Below are positions 55,390 through 64,000 of a stretch of DNA of 64,000 nucleotides, one piece after another. Source of the DNA: an uncultured virus (IMG/VR IMGVR_UViG_3300002835_000125) (Duplodnaviria > Heunggongvirae > Uroviricota > Caudoviricetes). The position numbers were made by a program, and so were the translations under genes. How positions within the stretch are numbered: the stretch's first letter is position 1; the number at the start of each line of letters is the position of its first letter. The stretch lies in IMG/VR virus record IMGVR_UViG_3300002835_000125. One strand, written 5' to 3'. A model generated the notes under the pieces. The model was given only the letters and a program-made list of their open reading frames with translations. It searched no databases and had not been told where the DNA came from.

Positions 55390-58300
55390 TGATTTGTTTA
55401 AATGAACAACATATAAAAGCAGCTATAGGTGCTACAAAGAATATAATAAAAGAGAATACAGGGATATCATTCCCTGAATTAGCTAAGAAATTATATAATA
55501 GATTCTACCAACCTCTTATTGAAAAAAATGATAGGGAAAAGGTAGAAAACTTTTCTATTGAAATAGTAAAATACATAGCTAAAGAAATGCATTCTAGAAT
55601 TGATGAATTTGAACAAGAGAATCAATTAATAGATGCATATTCTAAAGTTCAAGATGCTTTGAATGAAGAACAAAAACAAGTTCTTAAAGAGCAAGTTGTT
55701 AATAAAATAAAACTTAATCCACAAGATATGCTTAATCTACAACGAGATGAAGCTATTAGAGAACTTGTTGGATTAAATAGAAGAAAAGAAATTAAAAGAC
55801 CTATTATAAAAGACACAAGTGTAAAAATTCAGAATGCACTATTAAAAATAAAGAATCTATTTCCTCAATCTGTAAACCTTTATACATTCTATGCAAAAGC
55901 AATAGAATCTACAATCAAAGGTATTCCTGATAAAGAAACGGGTACACTAATAAAACTATCAGGCCAACAGTCTGTAGATAGAGGAGAATATTTTGATATT
56001 GAGCCTTTATTTAGAGCTTCACAAATTGCAACAGGTCATCAACCAAAAGATTATACAGAGCCATATAATTTAACAGAATCAACCGAATATGGTAATATTG
56101 TTGATAACACCATAAGATTCTTTATTAAAAATAAAGATAAATCATATGCACAATTAAAAAAACAATTACAGAATGACCCGGATTTTAGGCTTTCATTCTC
56201 TCAATATATGACTTTACAAAGGTCAAATAGTCCAGAAGTTAGAGAAAGAAAAATATTTGAAGACTATCTTGATTCTTTTTTAGATGACATGATATATGTA
56301 ATAAATCAAATTGAAGAAACATATAAAGATTATTACTTAACCGATTTAACTGAGCTTGGCAGTGATTCAAAAAACTTTAGAATATATGATATTTCTTTAA
56401 ATGCAATTGGTGCTCTTGACTTAGTAGCAATAAAAGAAGATGGGTCATATAGAGTTATAGATATAAAAACTGCCTATGATAAAATTTCCTTAAAAAAGAA
56501 GGAAGATTATAATACACAGATTTCTATATATAATTTAATATTATCAAATATTGAAGGACTCACTCCTGAGAATAAATCCGATATCTTCTATATCCAAAAA
56601 GATATATATGTAACCGATAGGTCAGATACAGATAAATTTGGCAAATTTGTCAAGAGCGTATTAAAATCTACAGAAGTTGTTTCTTTAGATAGTAAAACAA
56701 AAGAAGAAGTATTAGAAAAGATAGTTAAGTATAAAGAAGAATTTTATAAATCTTATAACCCAAAGACTGACTTAAAATTTATTGAAGAAGATAATTTGGA
56801 TGAAAAGAAAGCAAAATCAAAAAAGTCAAATCTTTCTGTTACAAGTAGAATAAGATATAAAAACAATTTCCGTAAATTTGAAGAAGAAAAGAATAAAAAA
56901 CCACTCCTATCTAAAATAGTTAAAAATGAAAAAATGTCAACTACAACGTCCTTAAAAGAAGGAGTTAAGTGGTTGAAAAATACTTTTCCAGAAATATCAG
57001 AACAAGGAGTACATGTTGTAAAAACTTTACTATCTGATACAGGAGGTCAATTCTTTTTAGATGCTATATATTTAGCAGAAAAATCAAATGAAGGAGTAGC
57101 TTATCATGAAGGATGGCATAGATTTACACAATTATATTTAAAAAAGGATGAAAAAGTAACACTTTATAATAAGACAAAAGAACGAGCTATTGATTTTATT
57201 AGTAGAGAAGGAGTAAAATTGAATACTTCCACTGCTACATTTATGGAAATAGAAGAATTCTTAGCAGATGAATTTACAAAATATGCTAACAATCCTTCCG
57301 AATATAAATTTGATAAGTTAGGAGAAGAACCTAAATCAATATTCCAAAAAATATGGGAGTTTGTACTTTCTCTTTTTAACTTTAAAAAGAATAATGGGGA
57401 AAACAGTTATCAAAAATTATTTAATAACCTTTATTTTGGAACTTTCTATAGAGGAAATTTTAGTATGAATAATGCTATGTTCTCTTCATTAAGAAGTGTG
57501 TTAAAAGATAATACAGGAAATACATTAATAGATAATACAACATTTATAAGATTTAGAAATTACTTAGATAATGCTATTCAGAATCATGCTATGGATAATA
57601 GCTATTTAATTAATGATAGATTGATTAAAAGTGTAACATCATTTAAAGATATTATAAGTCTTATACAAGAGAGCTTAGTTAATTTAAAAGATTCTTATTT
57701 ACAAATGGAAGAAGATGGTGTAATAACACCATTCCAAAAAACGCAACTTGAAAATTTACAAAAGATATTAGAACCTAAAAATATAAATAAATTTGTTGCA
57801 AGCTATTTAAAATTTACAGGATTTAAATCTATAAAAAACTTTTATGAAAAAAATATAAATCTTGTAAATAAAGAAAAAGAAGAGAGTGAAAATTCAAATA
57901 TTGAAAAAGAAGAGAGTGAAGGGACAGATATACCTAATTCAAGATTAGAAGAAGGTCCAGAAATAGAATTTGATAGAAGTGGGGAAACAGATGCATTTGC
58001 TTTAGCAAGAGCAGAATTAAAAGATTGGTTTAATTCTGTATCAAAATTAAATGTGGATAAACAAGGAGTTTATATTATACCTGAAATAGATGGTGTAAAG
58101 AAAGCATATGATGAATTTTACGAAGTTGATGATTTTGGATTTGTTAAAACCTTAGAAGGAAAGAAAGCGTTTTATAAAACCTTAGAGATTTTATCAGGTT
58201 CTCCTTCTATATCAATATTAAAACAAAAACTAACAAATCCTGATAATTATTATCTGTTTCCAGAACTTCAAATAATAAAAGATAGACTTTTAGGTGCTAA

Positions 58301-61300
58301 ATATGATGTAGATGGAACTATTTATGAAGTGGAAGGACTTATCCCTAAGATGGAACGTCTTTCTGAAGCAATGAATGCTGGTACTATTTCTGATGAAGAA
58401 GCTGCTGAACATTCTAGCCTTTTAAGTTTTATGATGCATTTCTTGCAAATAATGGGAATGTCAAAAGTAGAACTTCTCACATTAAAGGTGGATTTCTCAA
58501 AAGCTAATGAAGGAGAATGGGATGAGCAAGGAGGAAAGAAAACATTTAATCCATCTTCTTTAATTGAAAATACAGACATTTCTATATCAAATCTAATAAA
58601 TCAATTAGCTTCTGAATTTCAAACAAATGCAAAAATTGATGATGATAAAACTATATCTATATATGAAGCCTTACAAAAACTTAAATCTGATGGTAACTTA
58701 CAATCTGTAAATTTAACCACTGCTGCTAAATCTTTATCTTCATATAAATTCTTTAAGAATGAATTGGGTGATTATTTCTTTAATCCTTTTTATAAACTGG
58801 AAAATTTTGAATATTTCTATACTAAAGAAAGCTTTTCATTAAGTCAAAAAGCAAAACTTCAAGATTTTTATTCTTCATTCGGAGTTTCATTAGAAAATGC
58901 TTTATTGAACAATCCTGCTTATAGATATAAAATTTTACAAAATTATAAATCTTTAATAGGTATAAGAAATGAATTAGCAAATACTTCTTTAAATGTATTT
59001 AAGTCTAATTTATATTGGAAAGAAAAAGAATTAACTAATCCAAGTGATAATAAAGAAGCTTTACAAACAATAATCAATAAGATGTTTTCTAAAAATCCTA
59101 TTGATAGACTAATGTATTTAGGACAAGAGTATAAAGAAAAGAAAGGAGATAGGTCAAAAATATTTGCTAAGAATTTACCAACTCTTATTGAGTTAGCATC
59201 TCTGAAAAGAGAAATGAAAGATAATTATAGTTCTGGTTCTGTTTTAACAAAATCAGGTTCTCAATTTAGTTATTATCAACCAAATCAACAATTAATAATT
59301 GCAGATTTTATAAATAGTGATGAAATACAATCCTTTAAAGATTTTGATAAATATGAAGCATTGTATCATTTGAATCCAATTAGAAATAGGCAACTATTGT
59401 ATGAACCTTGGATAAGAATGATTTTTGACGATAAGGGTAATAAAATACCCAGTATGAAGCTCAAAATATCTGTTCTTACTCAACAAACAATAAATAGTGA
59501 GATAGGAGAAAAGATAGAAAAAACTACAGGTGAGTTAAGTATAGGTAGTAAGATTTTATTTGACTTTATGGTTGTTTCTGATACAGGATATTCAGAAATT
59601 AAAAGAATGGAAACATCCGATAGTTCTTGGAGACAATCTGTATTTAATGAAAATACAGGAAAAGATGTACCTATTTTAAAAAATATAGAAAGTTTTAAAG
59701 ATGGTCAATTCTTAACAATTATACATCACTATATTACTAGTGCAGCATTCATGTATAGATTTCATAAATCAAAAGAAGGTACAGGATATTTAGAAAAACC
59801 TATAAATAATCTTGGTGTATTTGAAGAAATGCTCGGAAAAGATATTACAGATGAAATAAAATCATTTGTAAATTCAAAACCTTTAGATTATGATTTGAAT
59901 AATATGCTTGGTGAATTATTAATGTTAAATGAAGAATTTATTGAAGAAATAGAAAAGAAAGTAGTATCATATTTTGAAGACATAACATTTGGTAACCAAT
60001 TTGGAATTGATAGCTTAGGTGAAGATAGTTTTTCAAAATTCTTTAAAGATAATATATCAGAAGAAGATTTTTCTAAAGTGAGTAAATTAATAAAATATAG
60101 TCAAGTATATAATGGTAAATTTCCATTTAAAACTTTAAAAACTCCGGGAAATATATCTGAATTATTTTCTGATAAGAAGTTTAAAGAAAAGATTACACAA
60201 TTTGTAGCAACAGATTTTCTAAATTCTATGGCTGATTCTGCTATGTTTTTTGGAGATTATACTTATTGGAAAGATGCTATAAAGAGAAGAAAAGTGATAG
60301 GTAATAATGGTTCTATTCATACTGTAACAGGAGAATTGTTAAATGCTGTAAATGCTCAATTAAACTTTAAAAGTATAAAGAAAACATATAGAGATTTCTA
60401 TAAAATGGAACCATCTACTAAACCAAATTCAGTAGTTAGAAAAACAGTTTTAATAGATGAAGTAGTTTCTTTAGATTATGAAAATAAAGTTATAAAACCA
60501 CTTGAAGAATTATATAAGCAGTTAGGAATAAAAAGTGACCCAAGAGTTGATAAAGTAGCAACTATAAAAGCATGGGGTAAAGCTGAATTAGGGGATGCAG
60601 CAGCATATATTTCTCTTGATTTATATAGATTTATGAGACAAAGAGAAAGACTTTGGAGTGAACAAGATGAAGCTGAATATAACAGACAAAATTTAATTCT
60701 TGACTGGCATCTTTTTAAAAATCCTACTGCTCAATACGATGAAGATGGAAACTTTATAGAAGAAGATTTTACAGAAGATGAATTCCGTGAAATATTTGGA
60801 AAACCATATTCTTCATTTAATGTTGCAAAATTTGCAATGACTGGTCCTATCTTATCACAAGATATAGATAGTCATCTTATGCCTGTTTTTGATAAAATGG
60901 GATTAAAGGTTTTAATTCCAGAAACAGATTATGAACAAAGAAAGACTTTATTTGATTATATGTATACAAATGATGCAGATTATTTAGTATATGAAAGTGG
61001 TTCAAAAGGATTTATTGCTGCAAAATCAGAAGCATGGGGAGAAAATGGATTAGATATTAATGCTAAATATGTAGACCACGCAGGTTCATTCTTTAAGAAT
61101 CAACAAAACACAACTTCTATAAAGAAAGAATCAGTATTAGCAAACCAATTAAGGGGAATATTTTATTCTCCTATGCTTCTTCATGCAAATTTAAGACCTG
61201 TTTTAGAACAACAATATAAAAGATTTATAAATTCTCTTACAGAAATAATAGATATAAAATCTGGTAAGACTTTAGCATCAATAGGATTAAATAGAGATGG

Positions 61301-64000
61301 AAATTTTATAGAAATAAATGGTAAAGTTGCAGGTAAAAAAATATTTGTAGAAAAAATAAGAGAAAAGGTCATTGATTTATATCCTAGTCAAGTAGAAATA
61401 TTAGATACATTAGATGTAGATAAAGATGGTAATTTTATAAACTTCTTAGAATCCTTACATAATTATAAAGATATATACAATATTATATCTGGTTTAATGG
61501 ATGATTCATTTAGAAAAATAAAACTAAATGGTTCTAAATTCTATCAAACTATAGAATTGGGAACAAGTTTACAATTTAATAATTCAAAGCGTAATACAGA
61601 TAAATCCTTAAAATTAAATTGGCATAAATTAGATTATACACCAAGCGGTAAAAAAATAGTAGGTACTTTAGAATGTGAATGTAAAATATCTTTCAGTAAA
61701 GCTTTCGAACCATTATTAAATCTTCCAGATAGAGATGGTATTCCAATAAAAGTAGCAAGACGTACATTTAAAGAGCAGTTGGATTTATTAAATGCTCTTA
61801 GAAGTGATGAAATATGGTATGAACAATATAAAGAATCTTTTGTAATGGTTGGTGTACGTATCCCTCTTCAAGATTTAAATTTTGTTTCACACTTAACTGT
61901 AAGAGAATTCTTATCACCCGTAGAAGGAGATGTGATAATATTACCTACTGAATTTTATAAACAAGTGGGTGCTGATAATGATATTGATACTGTAACAGCA
62001 ACTTATAAGTTTTTAGATGAAGCTACTGGATTACCTATAGCTAAGGTGAATGAATCTTACAAAGACATACAAGATAAACTTTTAAAAATTGAAGATGACA
62101 TATCATCTATAGCTCCAACAAAAACAGTAGAAGTGACATCTAAAATAGATATGGAATATCTACTTAGAAACTATCTTGAGATTTATGAAAATAACGGTAA
62201 GACAGAAGAAGATTTTATAAAAGATTTAACACTGCATGAAGCAGGTGGTGTAAATGGGCAATATGATAAAAAATCATTCTTTTATAAAATAAAACGAATG
62301 AATCTTGGCAGTATTGGAAAACAAACTTATGAGCAACATGTATACGAAGACTTTTTAGAAGATGTTGATAATTTAGTTCAACAAACAGAATTTACAGAAA
62401 CTTATGAAGAAGATGTAGATGAATCAAGTGAATATAAAAGACTTAAAAAAGAAAGGAGAGATTTAAAAAAGAAGCAGAGAAATTACATAAAAGGATTAAC
62501 AAATGAAGTTGTTGACTCTATCATTACTGTACTTAGAACACCAGAAGCATTCTTATATTTTACTGAAACTGATGACATGAGTAAAGTGGAAAATATGTCT
62601 AAAAAAATTATAGAGTTAAAAACAGAAAAAAACATAAAAGATATAGATGCTACATTTAATGCACCAATGTCTGCTTTAAAAAGCATAGGAGCAAAAAATA
62701 ATTATGTTAATCACAATAATAATTTTGGTGTAAGAACTCAATTAGGTTCATGGGTTAAATTTGCAAGACTTTTAGTAACTTTAAAAACAATAAATGCTGG
62801 AGTAAATAAAAAATACAAATCCGCATCTGATGCAAAAACCTTACTTGGTGATAAGTTTTTATATGATAGAACTATTAGAAATCCATTATCAAAAGAAAAT
62901 GATAAATCATTCTACTCTTTTGAAATGTATGATGAAAAAGGAGAAAGAATAAATAAGAATGTATCTATTATAGTATCAACATTATTAGATTTATTTAAAA
63001 ATCCAGATACATATCCATCTTTGAATGTAACTTGGAATAATATAAAACAAGCAATATTCCTTTCTTCTTTAAGAATTCCTATGGAAGATATAATGTTATA
63101 TCTGAATAATCCTATTACAGAAGAGTTAGAAATTACAAAGAATAAGCTTGGAGAATCATTCCAAATGAGACATTCTATTGTAGAAACAGGTAAAAATCTT
63201 TTTGATAGTGAAATTTTCGATAAAAATGAAAGTTCTTTCTTTACCTACGCTGACAATGTAAAAGGAGCAGGTATGAATAGGTTCACTACTGGACAATTTC
63301 AAAGAGCTGAAGAAAAACTAACACAATTAGAAATAACAGAAGGTTCACTCAAGTTTACAATTGATGAAATTAATGAATTTACAAGAATATATAATAGATA
63401 TAAAAGAGAAGAATCTAAAAAGGGTAATCCTATTGATTTAAAATCCTTCTTAAAAAATAATCCTTCATATAAAAAATTAGCTAAAAACATATTTTTATAT
63501 CACATTACTCTTATAGAAGATGGTAATAACTTTTATAAAAGTGTTGTAAAATATTTAGATAGAGATTCTGTAAAATATAATAATGAAGGTAAAATATATG
63601 ATATTAAAGCAAGAGAAAAAATAATAACAAAACAAGGAATGCTAAATGATAGTTTCTTAGAAGATATTAGAAACGACTCAGTTTTTTCTTTCTTATATCA
63701 TGATGAAACTGTATTAAATGGATTAAGTGTTTTAAAACAAGAAATTCTTCAAAATCCAACTATAAAGCAAAAGTATAATGAACTTTTAGCAAAATTAATA
63801 TCAGAAGTTAATTTGGACTCTGAAGGAATGAAAAAGTTTTCTCAAGTATATTATACTGATTTTCTTGAAATGATTTATAAGAATTTCTTTGTACTTGAAC
63901 TAAATCAAAAAGATATTAATGGAGTTGAAAAGTTAAATAAAAACTTCTTATTTGATTTCTTTAAATCAGATATATTTGTAGATTTTCCAAAATTAAAAAA
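55389..64000 (+). CDS. virion RNA polymerase (partial, over 2870 aa) with N-terminal PD-(D/E)XK and zincin-like domains
   Basis: ATG 55389 overlaps previous stop; in-frame GALDL...VIDIKT (about 56409-56471), HEGWH (57105), GVRIPLQD (61851), GADNDID (61968-61988); absent from track because no stop occurs in the window. Confidence 0.88.
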   Translation, partial: MICLNEQHIKAAIGATKNIIKENTGISFPELAKKLYNRFYQPLIEKNDREKVENFSIEIVKYIAKEMHSRIDEFEQENQLIDAYSKVQDALNEEQKQVLKEQVVNKIKLNPQDMLNLQRDEAIRELVGLNRRKEIKRPIIKDTSVKIQNALLKIKNLFPQSVNLYTFYAKAIESTIKGIPDKETGTLIKLSGQQSVDRGEYFDIEPLFRASQIATGHQPKDYTEPYNLTESTEYGNIVDNTIRFFIKNKDKSYAQLKKQLQNDPDFRLSFSQYMTLQRSNSPEVRERKIFEDYLDSFLDDMIYVINQIEETYKDYYLTDLTELGSDSKNFRIYDISLNAIGALDLVAIKEDGSYRVIDIKTAYDKISLKKKEDYNTQISIYNLILSNIEGLTPENKSDIFYIQKDIYVTDRSDTDKFGKFVKSVLKSTEVVSLDSKTKEEVLEKIVKYKEEFYKSYNPKTDLKFIEEDNLDEKKAKSKKSNLSVTSRIRYKNNFRKFEEEKNKKPLLSKIVKNEKMSTTTSLKEGVKWLKNTFPEISEQGVHVVKTLLSDTGGQFFLDAIYLAEKSNEGVAYHEGWHRFTQLYLKKDEKVTLYNKTKERAIDFISREGVKLNTSTATFMEIEEFLADEFTKYANNPSEYKFDKLGEEPKSIFQKIWEFVLSLFNFKKNNGENSYQKLFNNLYFGTFYRGNFSMNNAMFSSLRSVLKDNTGNTLIDNTTFIRFRNYLDNAIQNHAMDNSYLINDRLIKSVTSFKDIISLIQESLVNLKDSYLQMEEDGVITPFQKTQLENLQKILEPKNINKFVASYLKFTGFKSIKNFYEKNINLVNKEKEESENSNIEKEESEGTDIPNSRLEEGPEIEFDRSGETDAFALARAELKDWFNSVSKLNVDKQGVYIIPEIDGVKKAYDEFYEVDDFGFVKTLEGKKAFYKTLEILSGSPSISILKQKLTNPDNYYLFPELQIIKDRLLGAKYDVDGTIYEVEGLIPKMERLSEAMNAGTISDEEAAEHSSLLSFMMHFLQIMGMSKVELLTLKVDFSKANEGEWDEQGGKKTFNPSSLIENTDISISNLINQLASEFQTNAKIDDDKTISIYEALQKLKSDGNLQSVNLTTAAKSLSSYKFFKNELGDYFFNPFYKLENFEYFYTKESFSLSQKAKLQDFYSSFGVSLENALLNNPAYRYKILQNYKSLIGIRNELANTSLNVFKSNLYWKEKELTNPSDNKEALQTIINKMFSKNPIDRLMYLGQEYKEKKGDRSKIFAKNLPTLIELASLKREMKDNYSSGSVLTKSGSQFSYYQPNQQLIIADFINSDEIQSFKDFDKYEALYHLNPIRNRQLLYEPWIRMIFDDKGNKIPSMKLKISVLTQQTINSEIGEKIEKTTGELSIGSKILFDFMVVSDTGYSEIKRMETSDSSWRQSVFNENTGKDVPILKNIESFKDGQFLTIIHHYITSAAFMYRFHKSKEGTGYLEKPINNLGVFEEMLGKDITDEIKSFVNSKPLDYDLNNMLGELLMLNEEFIEEIEKKVVSYFEDITFGNQFGIDSLGEDSFSKFFKDNISEEDFSKVSKLIKYSQVYNGKFPFKTLKTPGNISELFSDKKFKEKITQFVATDFLNSMADSAMFFGDYTYWKDAIKRRKVIGNNGSIHTVTGELLNAVNAQLNFKSIKKTYRDFYKMEPSTKPNSVVRKTVLIDEVVSLDYENKVIKPLEELYKQLGIKSDPRVDKVATIKAWGKAELGDAAAYISLDLYRFMRQRERLWSEQDEAEYNRQNLILDWHLFKNPTAQYDEDGNFIEEDFTEDEFREIFGKPYSSFNVAKFAMTGPILSQDIDSHLMPVFDKMGLKVLIPETDYEQRKTLFDYMYTNDADYLVYESGSKGFIAAKSEAWGENGLDINAKYVDHAGSFFKNQQNTTSIKKESVLANQLRGIFYSPMLLHANLRPVLEQQYKRFINSLTEIIDIKSGKTLASIGLNRDGNFIEINGKVAGKKIFVEKIREKVIDLYPSQVEILDTLDVDKDGNFINFLESLHNYKDIYNIISGLMDDSFRKIKLNGSKFYQTIELGTSLQFNNSKRNTDKSLKLNWHKLDYTPSGKKIVGTLECECKISFSKAFEPLLNLPDRDGIPIKVARRTFKEQLDLLNALRSDEIWYEQYKESFVMVGVRIPLQDLNFVSHLTVREFLSPVEGDVIILPTEFYKQVGADNDIDTVTATYKFLDEATGLPIAKVNESYKDIQDKLLKIEDDISSIAPTKTVEVTSKIDMEYLLRNYLEIYENNGKTEEDFIKDLTLHEAGGVNGQYDKKSFFYKIKRMNLGSIGKQTYEQHVYEDFLEDVDNLVQQTEFTETYEEDVDESSEYKRLKKERRDLKKKQRNYIKGLTNEVVDSIITVLRTPEAFLYFTETDDMSKVENMSKKIIELKTEKNIKDIDATFNAPMSALKSIGAKNNYVNHNNNFGVRTQLGSWVKFARLLVTLKTINAGVNKKYKSASDAKTLLGDKFLYDRTIRNPLSKENDKSFYSFEMYDEKGERINKNVSIIVSTLLDLFKNPDTYPSLNVTWNNIKQAIFLSSLRIPMEDIMLYLNNPITEELEITKNKLGESFQMRHSIVETGKNLFDSEIFDKNESSFFTYADNVKGAGMNRFTTGQFQRAEEKLTQLEITEGSLKFTIDEINEFTRIYNRYKREESKKGNPIDLKSFLKNNPSYKKLAKNIFLYHITLIEDGNNFYKSVVKYLDRDSVKYNNEGKIYDIKAREKIITKQGMLNDSFLEDIRNDSVFSFLYHDETVLNGLSVLKQEILQNPTIKQKYNELLAKLISEVNLDSEGMKKFSQVYYTDFLEMIYKNFFVLELNQKDINGVEKLNKNFLFDFFKSDIFVDFPKLK

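Noticed and set aside
2000..63490. Numerous 60-150 aa minus-strand and alternate-frame ORFs inside long plus-strand genes
   Set aside because: Shadow ORFs with F/L/S/I-rich composition and no start context.
1..64000. CRISPR array, rRNA, integrase, transposase or DGR
   Set aside because: No regularly spaced repeats or diagnostic motifs seen by eye.

Overview
AT-rich fragment of a crAss-like phage (Crassvirales) genome, standard genetic code, probable Bacteroidota host (TTTG-N19/20-TAnnTTTG promoters, no Shine-Dalgarno motifs). After three minus-strand genes, everything runs on the + strand: an intein-containing PhoH, small hypotheticals, IHF-like, DUF1573 and PD-(D/E)XK genes, terminase, portal, scaffold-like protein, major capsid protein and structural genes. 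Then come an accessory island (26.0-33.1 kb) with 23 tRNA genes covering all 20 amino acids, RlpA, a Tad1/Acb2-like protein and a metallophosphoesterase, followed by tail ring and muzzle genes, cargo proteins, and a giant virion RNA polymerase ORF (55389 to past the window end) missing from the ORF track. Main finding: 22 of the 23 tRNAs lie in three operons. Each is preceded by a promoter, a 22-26 aa leader ORF, an antiterminator strand and an intrinsic terminator. Each leader has an uninterrupted run of 12-14 codons for exactly the amino acids of the tRNAs downstream of it. This looks like a ribosome-stalling attenuation system that switches on replacement tRNAs when the matching host tRNAs are depleted. 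Also found: a minimal HDV-like ribozyme after the capsid gene, a tRNA-Tyr with a displaced D-arm, and several unexplained structured RNAs. All calls were made by eye; no searches or folding programs were run.
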